DNA from: Candidatus Micrarchaeota archaeon
GTDB lineage: Archaea; Micrarchaeota; Micrarchaeia; Anstonellales; Bilamarchaeaceae
Length of the DNA: 33,400 nt
NCBI GenBank assembly: GCA_038046805.1
Contig: JBBSVO010000002.1
Span: forward strand, 114,445 to 147,844
Direction: 5' to 3'
The first letter of the stretch is position 1. Each line of letters begins with the position of its first letter. The notes beneath the pieces are model-generated. The model was given only the letters and a program-made list of their open reading frames with translations, did not search any database and was not told the origin of the DNA. Positions 16,200 to 25,817 of the stretch are shown piece by piece. The translations under genes and the position numbers were made by a program.

Positions 16200-17420
16200 A
16201 TGCGGTTATTTGTAGTAACAATGGTCGTTCTTACATTTCTCATGGGCAATCTGTTCTCTCAGTCCGCCCAAGAAAAAGCAGCACTTATTGTGCAACCAGC
16301 TATCGTGAATCTCGAGGCCACTGTTCTTTTTACTGTAAAAATAAATTCTGCTTTTCTGGGATATCCCGAACTTGCCGGACGAAGCTATGCAATAACCGAG
16401 AAAAAACAAGGGGCTGGTTTTTTAATAAATGGAGATGGTTATCTTTTTTCCTCATCAACATTAATTCCGCAGGAGAATGATTCCGAATTCCTTTCAGACA
16501 TTGCCCTCGCAATTTCAACCGACTTGGGAAGAATCGAGCACATAAAGATGTTCGGAACCGAGCCTGGCAATTCCGAAATTAATGCTTTTTCGGAATACCT
16601 ATATGGTTTAAACGGAGGCAAGGATGTTTTTTTTAAGATTCTTTTCTCTGCCATAAACTCGGGCAATATCTCTGTTATAAAAAGCAAAAACCCAACAATT
16701 TTCGCATTCTTCAATGAAACCAATCCAGAAGAACTTCTTTTTATAAATGAGAGTGATGGTTTGGTTTTTGCAAAGGCAGATGGAAAAAATTTTCTGACCC
16801 TGGGGTTGTCTAATGATTCAAACAATCTTTCAAACATCTCCAACGGAGACACGGTGTATATCGTTTCATTCAATAATTCAAACTTCTCGATTTCAACTGC
16901 GGTTGCATCAGTTGCATCGGTCGCATCAGTTACCCAAAGCAATGCCGGTGGTACGGCGTCGCCCAATTCAGTCTCATTCAACAATCCCTACGGTTCTTTT
17001 CCACCATATTTACCGGGAATCGTTTTTGATTCATCCTCGCGGGTTTGGGGGGTTTCTTCGGGGGGCAGTACAACTCCTTCAAGCGAGATTGTCCGTGCGT
17101 CCAATCAGGCGGGTATTGTTCCATCTAAGTCAGAAGCTGATAAATCATATGAACAGGGAATGACTGCATTGTGGGATGGAGACAATCAGATGGCGGAATT
17201 CTTTCTTGAAGACGTAATTTCCGATAATTCTAAACAATCCGGCGAGGTTGGCAAACACCTGAATTCTGCTCGTTCGGCAAAACTTGATATAAAAATTCCC
17301 GAATTAAGTGTTTCCAGTTTGAATGGATTTTCACCATTCGTGATACCTGCACTTGCAATTTTGGCAGCCGTTTTCCTGATCGCGAAATTTATTCTAGGAA
17401 GACGCCGAAGGTCACATTAA
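16200..17420 (+). CDS. Secreted/membrane-anchored trypsin-like (HtrA-like) domain protein, catalytic residues degenerate
   Basis: Signal peptide. GAGFLINGDGYLFSS resembles the GSGF..DGYILTNAH segment. C-terminal TM segment followed by RRRR. Confidence 0.6.
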   Translation: MRLFVVTMVVLTFLMGNLFSQSAQEKAALIVQPAIVNLEATVLFTVKINSAFLGYPELAGRSYAITEKKQGAGFLINGDGYLFSSSTLIPQENDSEFLSDIALAISTDLGRIEHIKMFGTEPGNSEINAFSEYLYGLNGGKDVFFKILFSAINSGNISVIKSKNPTIFAFFNETNPEELLFINESDGLVFAKADGKNFLTLGLSNDSNNLSNISNGDTVYIVSFNNSNFSISTAVASVASVASVTQSNAGGTASPNSVSFNNPYGSFPPYLPGIVFDSSSRVWGVSSGGSTTPSSEIVRASNQAGIVPSKSEADKSYEQGMTALWDGDNQMAEFFLEDVISDNSKQSGEVGKHLNSARSAKLDIKIPELSVSSLNGFSPFVIPALAILAAVFLIAKFILGRRRRSH

Positions 17421-17446
17421 TAACTATTTCTTTTGTTACCTATACT

Positions 17447-17788
17447 ATGGGCATTGGTGAAATACTGAAAAATATTGCTACTGGCGCAACCAGAGGAGAG
17501 TCCAAAAAAGGTCCAGTTCAAAAATGTCCTAATTGCGGGGAGACAGTTCTTTTAAGCATGGAGAGGTGCCCAAAGTGCGGCGTCCACGTTAAAAGCATGT
17601 TTAGGCGAAAATGCCCAAAATGCTCAGATCTAAATGAGCTTGATGCTAAAAAATGCAGGAAATGCGGATATGATTTTGTCGCGGAATTGGAACGGGCGCA
17701 GAGAACTGTTTATGTTTGTCCGATCTGTGGATATAGAATGGACGCAATTTTGACACAATGCCCGGCATGCAATACCAGATTCCTTTGA
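17447..17788 (+). CDS. Zinc-ribbon repeat protein (six CxxC motifs)
   Basis: CPNC/CPKC, CPKC/CRKC and CPIC/CPAC. Confidence 0.88.
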   Translation: MGIGEILKNIATGATRGESKKGPVQKCPNCGETVLLSMERCPKCGVHVKSMFRRKCPKCSDLNELDAKKCRKCGYDFVAELERAQRTVYVCPICGYRMDAILTQCPACNTRFL

Positions 17789-17815
17789 TTGAGAAAACCT
17801 ATGTTTTCGAAATAT

Positions 17816-17891
17816 TTGAACGATTCGTCCGATTGGTCGTCGCAACGACCAATGGACCATAAATCGATTCGTCGATTTATTGGTCGTTCAA
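17816..17891. repeat. Structured intergenic element, copy B (opposite orientation to copy A)
   Basis: ttgaacga/tcgttcaa closing stem enclosing two long hairpins. Reverse complement matches 11227-11288. Confidence 0.8.
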
Positions 17892-18033
17892 TTCATTCCG
17901 GTAGCGAATTTGACCGCGAAAACACTTCGTTCACTTTGTTTTTCTCTCTTTTTTATTGTTTTTCGAGGTTTTTTCCGAAACGTATATATATTTTCCCTGT
18001 TTTATGCAAAACATATTTTTCGTTGGTGGCACC

Positions 18034-19182
18034 ATGACTGATACTCAAGACAAAGAGAAAAAACCAAGGCGTAAAAAAGATATCTGGGACAAATGGGTTG
18101 GAGATTTGAGAAACCATAATGATGTTTCCAAGATGCCGGAACGAAAAACTTATCTTACAGATGTTGTCGAACAGATTGATCTGACAAAAACTAATTCTGT
18201 GCGCGATTTGGTTAAATCCTTTAGTAATATGTCTATACAGGCAAGAAATATTGGTCAGTGCGCGGAAATATTCGAGAATATGCTTACAGATAAGGACAGA
18301 CCGACAATATTGCTTGGTCTTTCAGGTCCTTTAATTGCAGCTGGTTTGCGCAATGTAATAAAAGACATGATCAAACTCAATCTTGTTGATGCAATAGTTT
18401 CCACCGGAGCAGTTCTTTATCAGGATTTTTACCAGTCAATGGGGTTCAGGCATTTCAAGGGGGATCCGTACGAAGATGACATAAAGCTCAGAACTCTTCT
18501 TATCGATAGGATTTACGATACCTATGTTGATGAAGTGCATTTTGACCATACAGACCATAAAATCGCTGATTGGCTGGAAACTCTTGAACCCCGTGATTAT
18601 TCTTCACGCGAATTGATGCATTTACTTGGTGCGGAAATTGAAGATGATAATTCCATTCTCTATCAGGCATATCACAACAATATCCCGGTTTTCTCCCCAG
18701 CATTGTGTGACAGCTCGATAGGAATCGGGTATACTATTTACTATGCGCGCAATAGAGACAAGCCGTATACTGAGCGGGTTACTCTGGATATGATAAGGGA
18801 TAATAATGAAATTCTTCAGATAATCGACAAGTCAAAGAAAACATCCGCAATATACATAGGGGGCGGAACCCCAAAGAACTGGATAAATGATGCTGTTGTT
18901 ATGGCATCCTATGTACGCAACCGTGAATTTGACGGGCATTATTATATTTTTCAGGTTACGACCGATGTCCCGCATTGGGGCGGATTAAGTGGAAGCACGC
19001 TGAAAGAGGCGCAATCCTGGGGAAAAGTCTACAAGAAGGCAACAAAGCAGATGGCTTTTGTAGAGGCATCTGTTGCAATGCCACTTATTGTTGGTTCCGT
19101 GGTTCAACAGCCGGAATTATATCAGAACCGATCGAGATTAAATTACAAGTGGAATGGGAATGTGCTGGAGTCAATATATTAG
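18034..19182 (+). CDS. Deoxyhypusine synthase family protein
   Basis: Motifs DAIVSTGA, IDRIYD, PALCDSSIG, GGGTPKNW and GGLSGSTLKEAQSWGK (catalytic Lys). ATG at 18034 after ggtgg. Confidence 0.92.
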   Translation: MTDTQDKEKKPRRKKDIWDKWVGDLRNHNDVSKMPERKTYLTDVVEQIDLTKTNSVRDLVKSFSNMSIQARNIGQCAEIFENMLTDKDRPTILLGLSGPLIAAGLRNVIKDMIKLNLVDAIVSTGAVLYQDFYQSMGFRHFKGDPYEDDIKLRTLLIDRIYDTYVDEVHFDHTDHKIADWLETLEPRDYSSRELMHLLGAEIEDDNSILYQAYHNNIPVFSPALCDSSIGIGYTIYYARNRDKPYTERVTLDMIRDNNEILQIIDKSKKTSAIYIGGGTPKNWINDAVVMASYVRNREFDGHYYIFQVTTDVPHWGGLSGSTLKEAQSWGKVYKKATKQMAFVEASVAMPLIVGSVVQQPELYQNRSRLNYKWNGNVLESIY

Positions 19183-19216
19183 CAATGGGCAGTGGGCCAT
19201 GAGCTTTGGGCAAATG

Positions 19217-19942
19217 CTACTTTCGTTTATTCACCAAACTCGCGAAATATCCCGCACCGAATCCATTATCTATATTCATTACTGCTACTCCGGGAGAGCA
19301 GCTGTTGAGCATTGCCAGCAAAGGTGCAATCCCCCTGAAATGCGCGCCATAACCAATGCGCGTTGGCACGGCGATTATCGGCTTGTCTGTAAGCCCTGCA
19401 ACAACGCTTGGCAGTGCGCCTTCCATTCCGGCAACAACGATGATCACGGAAGCGCTCCGGATTTTTTCTATTTTTGAGATAAGCCTATGGAGCCCGGCAA
19501 CTCCAACATCATATATCCGTTCAACCGAATTTCCGAAAAATTCTGCGGTCAAGGCAGCTTCTTCTGCAATTGGAATGTCTGAAGTTCCGGCGCTAAGCAC
19601 GAGGATTCTTCCGCTTCCGCATTTTGACTTTTTGTTATCCTGTTTGTTCTTAACCATAATCAGTTTTGCATCGTCGCAGTATTCAGCGTGTGGAATTATT
19701 TTTTTTATTTTACTGTAAATCCCAGGGTTCGCCTTTGTCGCAAGCACGTTCTGCTTTTTCTTTGAAAGTTCCTGGATTATTTTTATAATATGTTCGGTTT
19801 TTTTCCCAGTGCAGAGAATTACTTCAGGGTATCCGCGTATTTTTTCGCGAACCAAATCAACGTTGGCAAAGCCTAAATCAACACTTAAGCCACGTTGCGT
19901 TATTTTTTTTCTATTGTTTCTGCTTCTTTTTTTCATTTCCAT
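19217..19942 (-). CDS. larB: Nickel-pincer cofactor biosynthesis protein LarB
   Basis: Motifs GYPEVILCTGK, SAGTSDIPIAEEA, DVGVAGLHRL, AGMEGALPSVV and NIDNGFGA. Confidence 0.95.
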   Translation of the reverse strand: MEMKKRSRNNRKKITQRGLSVDLGFANVDLVREKIRGYPEVILCTGKKTEHIIKIIQELSKKKQNVLATKANPGIYSKIKKIIPHAEYCDDAKLIMVKNKQDNKKSKCGSGRILVLSAGTSDIPIAEEAALTAEFFGNSVERIYDVGVAGLHRLISKIEKIRSASVIIVVAGMEGALPSVVAGLTDKPIIAVPTRIGYGAHFRGIAPLLAMLNSCSPGVAVMNIDNGFGAGYFASLVNKRK

Positions 19943-20750
19943 CAGCCATCTCCCTATTTAGCTTTCCTGATTTAAATCCTTCCAGATCCAGTGTGACATT
20001 CTCGAAACCTGCTGCTGTCAGTTCGGTTCTGATTTTTTCCATATTATCTAATATATTCTTGAAATTCTCTTTTGGAACTTCAATTCTTGCCTCTTTTCCA
20101 TAATGCCTAACGCGAAGATGGCGAAGTTCCTTACAAATTCGTTTTATCTCGAACTCTGCTTTCTCAACCATCTTGAGTTTTTTTTCAGTAACTTTTGAAC
20201 CATAAGGTATGCGGGATGCAAGGCACGGGCTTGCGGGCTTGTTCCAGTTTGGCAATCCAAGGCGCCGTGCTATTTCCTTAATTTCTTTTTTTGTTATTCC
20301 TGCATCGCGAAGCGGGCTAACCACTTTAAATTCATCCGCAGCAATCATGCCGGGTCTGTGATCTCTTTCATCATCCTTGTTTGCACCATTGAGAAGATTT
20401 GTCATTCCATTTTGTCCTGCAATTTCTTTCATGCGTCCATAAAGGTTTTTCTTGCAGAAGTAGCATCTGTCGGAAAAGTTTTTTACGTATCCCGGATCAC
20501 ATATTTCGGTCGTGTCCGCGAGAATATGTCTGGCACCGATTCCGCGTGCAATTTCCTTTGCACTGTCCAGTTCGTATTGAGGGTATGAAGCAGATACTGA
20601 AGTCACGGCAGCACATTTTTCTCCAAGTTCATCTGCGGCTATTTTCAGGACCAGCGTGCTATCTACCCCGCCGGAATATGCAACGAGCGCGTTTCCCAAA
20701 GTTCGAATATTCTTTCTAAGCAGCAGAATTTTTTTATCCAAAGAATCCAT
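19911..20750 (-). CDS. larE: ATP-dependent sulfur transferase LarE
   Basis: PP-loop AYSGGVDS, plus RCYFCKK, DHRPGM, KPASPCLASRIPYG and LRVRH. Confidence 0.95.
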   Translation of the reverse strand: MDSLDKKILLLRKNIRTLGNALVAYSGGVDSTLVLKIAADELGEKCAAVTSVSASYPQYELDSAKEIARGIGARHILADTTEICDPGYVKNFSDRCYFCKKNLYGRMKEIAGQNGMTNLLNGANKDDERDHRPGMIAADEFKVVSPLRDAGITKKEIKEIARRLGLPNWNKPASPCLASRIPYGSKVTEKKLKMVEKAEFEIKRICKELRHLRVRHYGKEARIEVPKENFKNILDNMEKIRTELTAAGFENVTLDLEGFKSGKLNREMADGNEKKKQKQ

Positions 20751-20806
20751 TTCTCTCGTTAATATTTCGCGGATATCTTAATAAATGTTAGCGGTTTAAC
20801 CGATTT

Positions 20807-22606
20807 ATGAAACCAGTTATCAGTTTAGTTGCGGTGATGTTCGCATTGATATTATTGGCTCCGTTTGCATTTGCGGAATGTCCTGCAGGAGAATCTTCCT
20901 ATTATGTTCCAGCAGTCGTTGGAAGTGATGGCGGCCTGGTGAAAATATCAGTTAAGCTTTTTTCAGGAGTCGGTGATACTTATCTTACTACTCAGCCACA
21001 TACCGGAGTATCTACTCAAATTTCAACTGAGGATGCAATCGCAGTTGCCTTTTCAAAATCCAATTCTGACGTATCTGAATGTGATGTGCTTGTTAAGATT
21101 GAAGGAAAGGGAGTTGCAGATTATGTTGATGGTCCGAGCGCCGGAGCCGCAGTGGCAGTTACTACCTATTCGGCACTTACCGGAAAGCCATTGCGTGACG
21201 ATGCAACCATTACCGGAGCAATTGATCCAGGTGGAAACATTCAGAGTGTAGGTGGATTATATGAGAAGTCAAAGGCAGTTGCAAGATATGGCCTGAAATA
21301 TTTTGTTACCCCGATGAATAGGCTTGCCGAGAGACTTCTTCTTGCCCCTGTTGAAAAAGCGTACAATGTTACTATTGTTGAGGTTGCCAATATCAACGAA
21401 GCAATTGATTTTCTTGTGGAAGGAAAAGAGATACAAAAGAAAGGTTTTCAGGCTATGAAAAAGCCTATGCCAAATGTGTCCAATTATTCATCATCTTCGA
21501 TTCTCTTAGGTATTGAGCCTTTCAAAAAAGTTTCTGATGATGTCATAACTATTGAAAGGACTATGGTCGAAAACATGGGTAATAATACTCAGGAAACCGA
21601 AGAAATGAAGGAGTTCTTCACAAACGAAATCGACCGTCAGAAGTTCATTCTTGATAACGGCTATCTTTTCACTGCGGCCAATGAGGCATTTTTATCCTAT
21701 ATTGACGTTGTTACTGTTTCAAGTGCCGAGAACCTTAATCCAGAGCAAAGATTCCAGTCTGCAAAAAGTTGCGCATCTTCTATTAAAGAAGTTCCGAAAT
21801 CATCTGCTAATTTCGAGTGGCTGGTTGGTGCAGACCTAAGGGAAGGATGGGTAATCCAGAGACTACAAAAAATTGATGTGAGCAAGGCAAGCCTCATAGA
21901 AGAAAAATACTTTGTTTTCAACCAGATAATGTATGCGGATGCATGGTGCTTTGTTTCAAAGGAACTTTCCGGCGTGGCTGTGTCAATGGATGCCGAAAGC
22001 CAGAATTCCTCAGCAATCAACGAATCCCTGTGGAAATCCCTTGCGGAATCAAAAATAAAACAGGCTGAAGGAATGAACATAACGTTTGAGGACTGGGCAG
22101 AGCATGTTGACAATTCAAAGGCCTTATATGAACGAGGAAAATACGGCGCCGCAATCTACGATGCAGTGTTCGCAATGGAAATGAATCTTGCTGACATGGA
22201 TATCGCAAACAAAGAAGACACGCTTATTCCGCTTGCCGAACAGATGAACCTGGAAAACCGCACTTCTATTTGGGGTAAAATATATCATACGCAGGGTGCG
22301 TTCCTTATGCAAGAAGGTGGGGAGGGTGGAAAGAGAAGCGCGTACAGGATTTTCAAGTATGCCAAAGCCCTTGATAGTGCGACTGAGGAAATGAAGGCGC
22401 TGACATTTCCATTAGTCGAGTCGGTTGAGCAACCTGTTTCCGAGTCAAACAAAGATGGAGTTGGTATCGTTGACTCCTTGTTAAAGAACAAGAAATTATT
22501 CCTTTTAATCGGGGCAATCGTTCTTCTGGGAATTGCTGCGGTGGTTTATCTGTTGGGGAAGAATAAAACCGGAAAAAACAAAAAAGCCATATTTAATCGG
22601 GTATAA
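20807..22606 (+). CDS. Secreted, membrane-anchored Lon-like (S16) serine protease without AAA domain
   Basis: Signal peptide, VDGPSAG catalytic Ser, VGGLYEK catalytic Lys, and a C-terminal TM segment with basic tail. Confidence 0.88.
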   Translation: MKPVISLVAVMFALILLAPFAFAECPAGESSYYVPAVVGSDGGLVKISVKLFSGVGDTYLTTQPHTGVSTQISTEDAIAVAFSKSNSDVSECDVLVKIEGKGVADYVDGPSAGAAVAVTTYSALTGKPLRDDATITGAIDPGGNIQSVGGLYEKSKAVARYGLKYFVTPMNRLAERLLLAPVEKAYNVTIVEVANINEAIDFLVEGKEIQKKGFQAMKKPMPNVSNYSSSSILLGIEPFKKVSDDVITIERTMVENMGNNTQETEEMKEFFTNEIDRQKFILDNGYLFTAANEAFLSYIDVVTVSSAENLNPEQRFQSAKSCASSIKEVPKSSANFEWLVGADLREGWVIQRLQKIDVSKASLIEEKYFVFNQIMYADAWCFVSKELSGVAVSMDAESQNSSAINESLWKSLAESKIKQAEGMNITFEDWAEHVDNSKALYERGKYGAAIYDAVFAMEMNLADMDIANKEDTLIPLAEQMNLENRTSIWGKIYHTQGAFLMQEGGEGGKRSAYRIFKYAKALDSATEEMKALTFPLVESVEQPVSESNKDGVGIVDSLLKNKKLFLLIGAIVLLGIAAVVYLLGKNKTGKNKKAIFNRV

Positions 22607-22624
22607 CTGGGATATCCTATCATT

Positions 22625-22768
22625 CACACTCCCAGGGTGCGCGGAAGCCTTTGTCTTCAGACATTGGAGGAAGCGCACCCGCAGGCTTCGTTTTTTCTTC
22701 TCCAATCTGCTTTCCGCCTAAAGCCACAACGTCAGAAGCCCAGGGCTTTAGCCCTGGGGGTGTGTCAC
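22625..22768 (+). mobile_element. Non-coding IS200/IS605-type end or remnant (no tnpA/tnpB)
   Basis: gaagcccagggctttagccctgggggtgtgtcac fits the GAAGCCC..GGCTTTAGCC..GGG...TCAC end pattern. Additional complementary segments lie upstream. Confidence 0.65.
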
Positions 22769-22795
22769 GAATGTAGTTTTGCGTTTACGATATTC

Positions 22796-24193
22796 CTATC
22801 TTATCCGTTTGAGCCGAAAATCTGTAATTGTATTCACATGCGGTTTGTGCAATACAGATTGCGCCGGAGGCGTGTAGTTTTGCATAACTCTTCTCACAAC
22901 TTCTTTATATCTCGTAATTTCTTCGTGGTCTGCGAGGGTTTTCCTTATTTTTTCTCTTAGTTCTGATTCCGGATATGCATGAATTTTCACTCCAAACAAT
23001 CTTATCACAAATTGTATAAGCGGATCCTCGTTTATCTTTTTCATTATTTTGTTTGTCTGTTTTTCGTTCACTCCAATAATATGGTATCCCCCTACACCAA
23101 GGTGAGCTACGGAATAATAAAATGCCACGACCGCGGATGGTCCGAAGGCACTCCAATAATTGGCAACCTTGTCATTTATTATTCCAAATATACTGCCTGC
23201 ACCTACTCCGAGGCTCTTTGCAAGTGCAGTTCTTGGATTGTTTATGTCGCTAGTGCATATAATTCCTGCCTTTACAACGTCAGCCTGTTTGCTGGCGCAC
23301 CAAATTCTTTCAGGGTCATCCTCTGGCAAATAAGTCAAAGCAATCTCCTTTATCCGTGCCTTGTCATCGAGAATAAAATATGCATGTTCATTCCTATCCA
23401 CTCTTATAACTCCTCCAGTTTCAAAATCTTCTATGCCTGCATTTATGATTACTGGCAGGTCTCCGAGTTCCGGATCCATTCTTATCGCGGCTTTGAGATT
23501 TCCCTTTTGATCCGTTATATGTTTTACAAGTTTATCTATATTAGTTATAAATCCTCTTACGTGTTCTCCAGTATAAAAGTATACATTTCTTAGCAATTTT
23601 TGGAGGCGGCCTTCGTTGTCAATAGGTTCATCAACTGTGTTAACTGTTTTTCCGGTCGCTTTATCATAATATTCCGTGGCAAGTTTGTGGTCTGTGTTAG
23701 CATTGTCAAAAATTAGTTTCATGAGTTCCTTCCACGCCTCTGCTGCATGTGCCATGCCACAATGTGTTCTGGAGGTCTCATCAACCGTTATCTCCTCTTC
23801 AGAGTATGTTGTCTTTCCAACAGTAACAAATGGTGCCAGCCCGACTTTTCCGTGGGTAAGAAGTTGAACTATTAAGTCTAACCTGCCGTCCGCATGATCC
23901 ATACTTGAATGCATTATGCGATGCAGTCTGCCCTTTACTTCAGATATATTGTCCGGAGTCATATATGTGCCTGCAACGCTCATTGTTTCAATCATTGCCA
24001 TAATTCCTCTGAGGGCATACGCTCTAACTAATTCCTCTTCTATTATAGAATCCAGGAATCTGACTCTTCGCGAATCCGAGCATCCCACTACAAGGTTTAT
24101 CTGAATCCGTTCAATCTGCGCTTCGTTCTTCTTCATATCAATGCATTTTGGTTTGTCACTATAGTCTCCACCTTCAACAACCATACCTGTCAT
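22796..24193 (-). CDS. Divergent beta-carbonic-anhydrase-like protein (paralogue 1)
   Basis: Motifs CSDSR, SVAG, THG...HCGM; second module IICTSD...YYSVAHLGV. Confidence 0.6.
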   Translation of the reverse strand: MTGMVVEGGDYSDKPKCIDMKKNEAQIERIQINLVVGCSDSRRVRFLDSIIEEELVRAYALRGIMAMIETMSVAGTYMTPDNISEVKGRLHRIMHSSMDHADGRLDLIVQLLTHGKVGLAPFVTVGKTTYSEEEITVDETSRTHCGMAHAAEAWKELMKLIFDNANTDHKLATEYYDKATGKTVNTVDEPIDNEGRLQKLLRNVYFYTGEHVRGFITNIDKLVKHITDQKGNLKAAIRMDPELGDLPVIINAGIEDFETGGVIRVDRNEHAYFILDDKARIKEIALTYLPEDDPERIWCASKQADVVKAGIICTSDINNPRTALAKSLGVGAGSIFGIINDKVANYWSAFGPSAVVAFYYSVAHLGVGGYHIIGVNEKQTNKIMKKINEDPLIQFVIRLFGVKIHAYPESELREKIRKTLADHEEITRYKEVVRRVMQNYTPPAQSVLHKPHVNTITDFRLKRIR

Positions 24194-24356
24194 CCTCTAA
24201 TAAGTTTTTTCAAGAACGTCTGTGTTAATTAATGTAACGGTATATTTAAAACTTGATCTTAAATAGTTATTTTTTCGGAAGCCACCTGCAGTTTATCTAA
24301 TGGGGAAGAATAAAAACACACAGCAAAAACAAAAAATAAGTTTTATGAAATAATCT

Positions 24357-25817
24357 CTATCCGTTTAATATCGCTTTGAACTGTGGTTTAACGTTTCCTC
24401 TTAGTACGGAACCTTCTGGAATATGTTCTCTTAGACGGCTATATGCAGTTGCAACTATTTTTCTGTATCTATCATCGCCTTCCGCCGTTTCCTGAGTTCT
24501 TATCTGGTCAACCGTTACAGCGTGTATCCGTACACCATATTTCTTTATGATCCATTGCATTATAGGATCCTTTTCTATTTTTGACGATATTTTTTCGCAT
24601 TGATCTCTGTCATTTCCTACAAGGTAATGATCTTTTATACCAAGGTGCTTAACTGCATAGTAAAAAGCAACCAATTGGTAGGGGCTGAATGGATAATAAT
24701 CATGCAGAACATTGTCGCTTATTGCAGTTGCAAATACTCCGCCAGCTGCGTTTACTTCCGCTTGTTTTTTTGAACTACTAAGCCACTTTGCCAGCATGTT
24801 TCTGGGGGAAGGGATGCTGTCATGACAAAATATCCCTACCTTTGCAATATCTTTTTGGTCCTTGGTTCGGTTTATTCTTTCCGGATCGTCATCGGGCAAT
24901 AGTGATTTGTCCAAATATATCAATCTTCTTACAATCGCAGCGTCATCAAGAAATGAATGGGTTTCTACATTTCCATCGACTCTAAAACATGTTCCATCCT
25001 CGTAATTAGTCATTGCGCCATTTATTGTCATTTTTACATTTCCAAGTCGCCTATCTGTGCGTATCGATTCCTTTAATGTATCCTTTTGTCTCCGTGGATG
25101 TTTTATCAGGTTTCTAATACTGGAAACAAATTCATCGAGTCTATCTTCCTGGTAATTGTATACTTCCTTTAAGAGAGACAAGAACGTCGTGTCACTGTTT
25201 ATTGTTGAAACAACTGTCCCACCAGTATCTTTGTCATAATATGATATCACTGGGGAATTGCTTGTGATTTCATCTATAAGCTCTCTCCATACTCTTCCAG
25301 CACCACGCATTCCACAATTTATAGATGCGCTATCTCTTCTCATTTTTAATTCATGGATATAATACACTCTTCTAAATGGATCCTCATGTTCAGCATCTTT
25401 TAATACCACATCACCGTGAGAGTGGAGTTGAACTATCAGCCTAAAGTCATCCGGACGCATGTTCCTGAATCTGCCATAGTTGAACAGCATGTTGTGTATC
25501 GTTCCCTTTACCTCTGGGATCGTGTCTACATGTGTCATGAACGCACCGGCTATGCTCATTGATCGATATGGAACAACCACACCTCTAATAGCATATTCTG
25601 CTCTAAGTAATTCGGTTATGAATTTATCTAATCTTCCAACTTCTCTTGCGTCTGCGCATTTTATTTTTATTATAACCTGGATAGCGTCTGTAAAATCTGG
25701 TTCCACAACTCCTTTAATCATTCTTAAAAATGCAGCATTTATCTCGGCCTCGCTTGAAACCTGAAGTTGTTGGCGTATGCCTCCGACAGTCGTTCCATCT
25801 GTTCCTCCAGTAGTCAT
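24357..25817 (-). CDS. Divergent beta-carbonic-anhydrase-like protein (paralogue 2)
   Basis: Motifs CADAR, SIAG, SHG...NCGM; second module IFCHDS...YYAVKHLGIK. Colinear with the neighbouring ORF. Confidence 0.6.
   Translation of the reverse strand: MTTGGTDGTTVGGIRQQLQVSSEAEINAAFLRMIKGVVEPDFTDAIQVIIKIKCADAREVGRLDKFITELLRAEYAIRGVVVPYRSMSIAGAFMTHVDTIPEVKGTIHNMLFNYGRFRNMRPDDFRLIVQLHSHGDVVLKDAEHEDPFRRVYYIHELKMRRDSASINCGMRGAGRVWRELIDEITSNSPVISYYDKDTGGTVVSTINSDTTFLSLLKEVYNYQEDRLDEFVSSIRNLIKHPRRQKDTLKESIRTDRRLGNVKMTINGAMTNYEDGTCFRVDGNVETHSFLDDAAIVRRLIYLDKSLLPDDDPERINRTKDQKDIAKVGIFCHDSIPSPRNMLAKWLSSSKKQAEVNAAGGVFATAISDNVLHDYYPFSPYQLVAFYYAVKHLGIKDHYLVGNDRDQCEKISSKIEKDPIMQWIIKKYGVRIHAVTVDQIRTQETAEGDDRYRKIVATAYSRLREHIPEGSVLRGNVKPQFKAILNG

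Noticed and set aside
22769..22883. 11-nt match tgtagttttgc between the putative guide and 22873-22883
   Set aside because: Short, AT-rich and missing the first three guide bases; compatible with chance.
22979..23593. 204-aa antisense ORF inside the beta-CA-like gene
   Set aside because: Shadow frame with Y/F/I-biased composition. The minus-strand ORF is supported by its paralogue.
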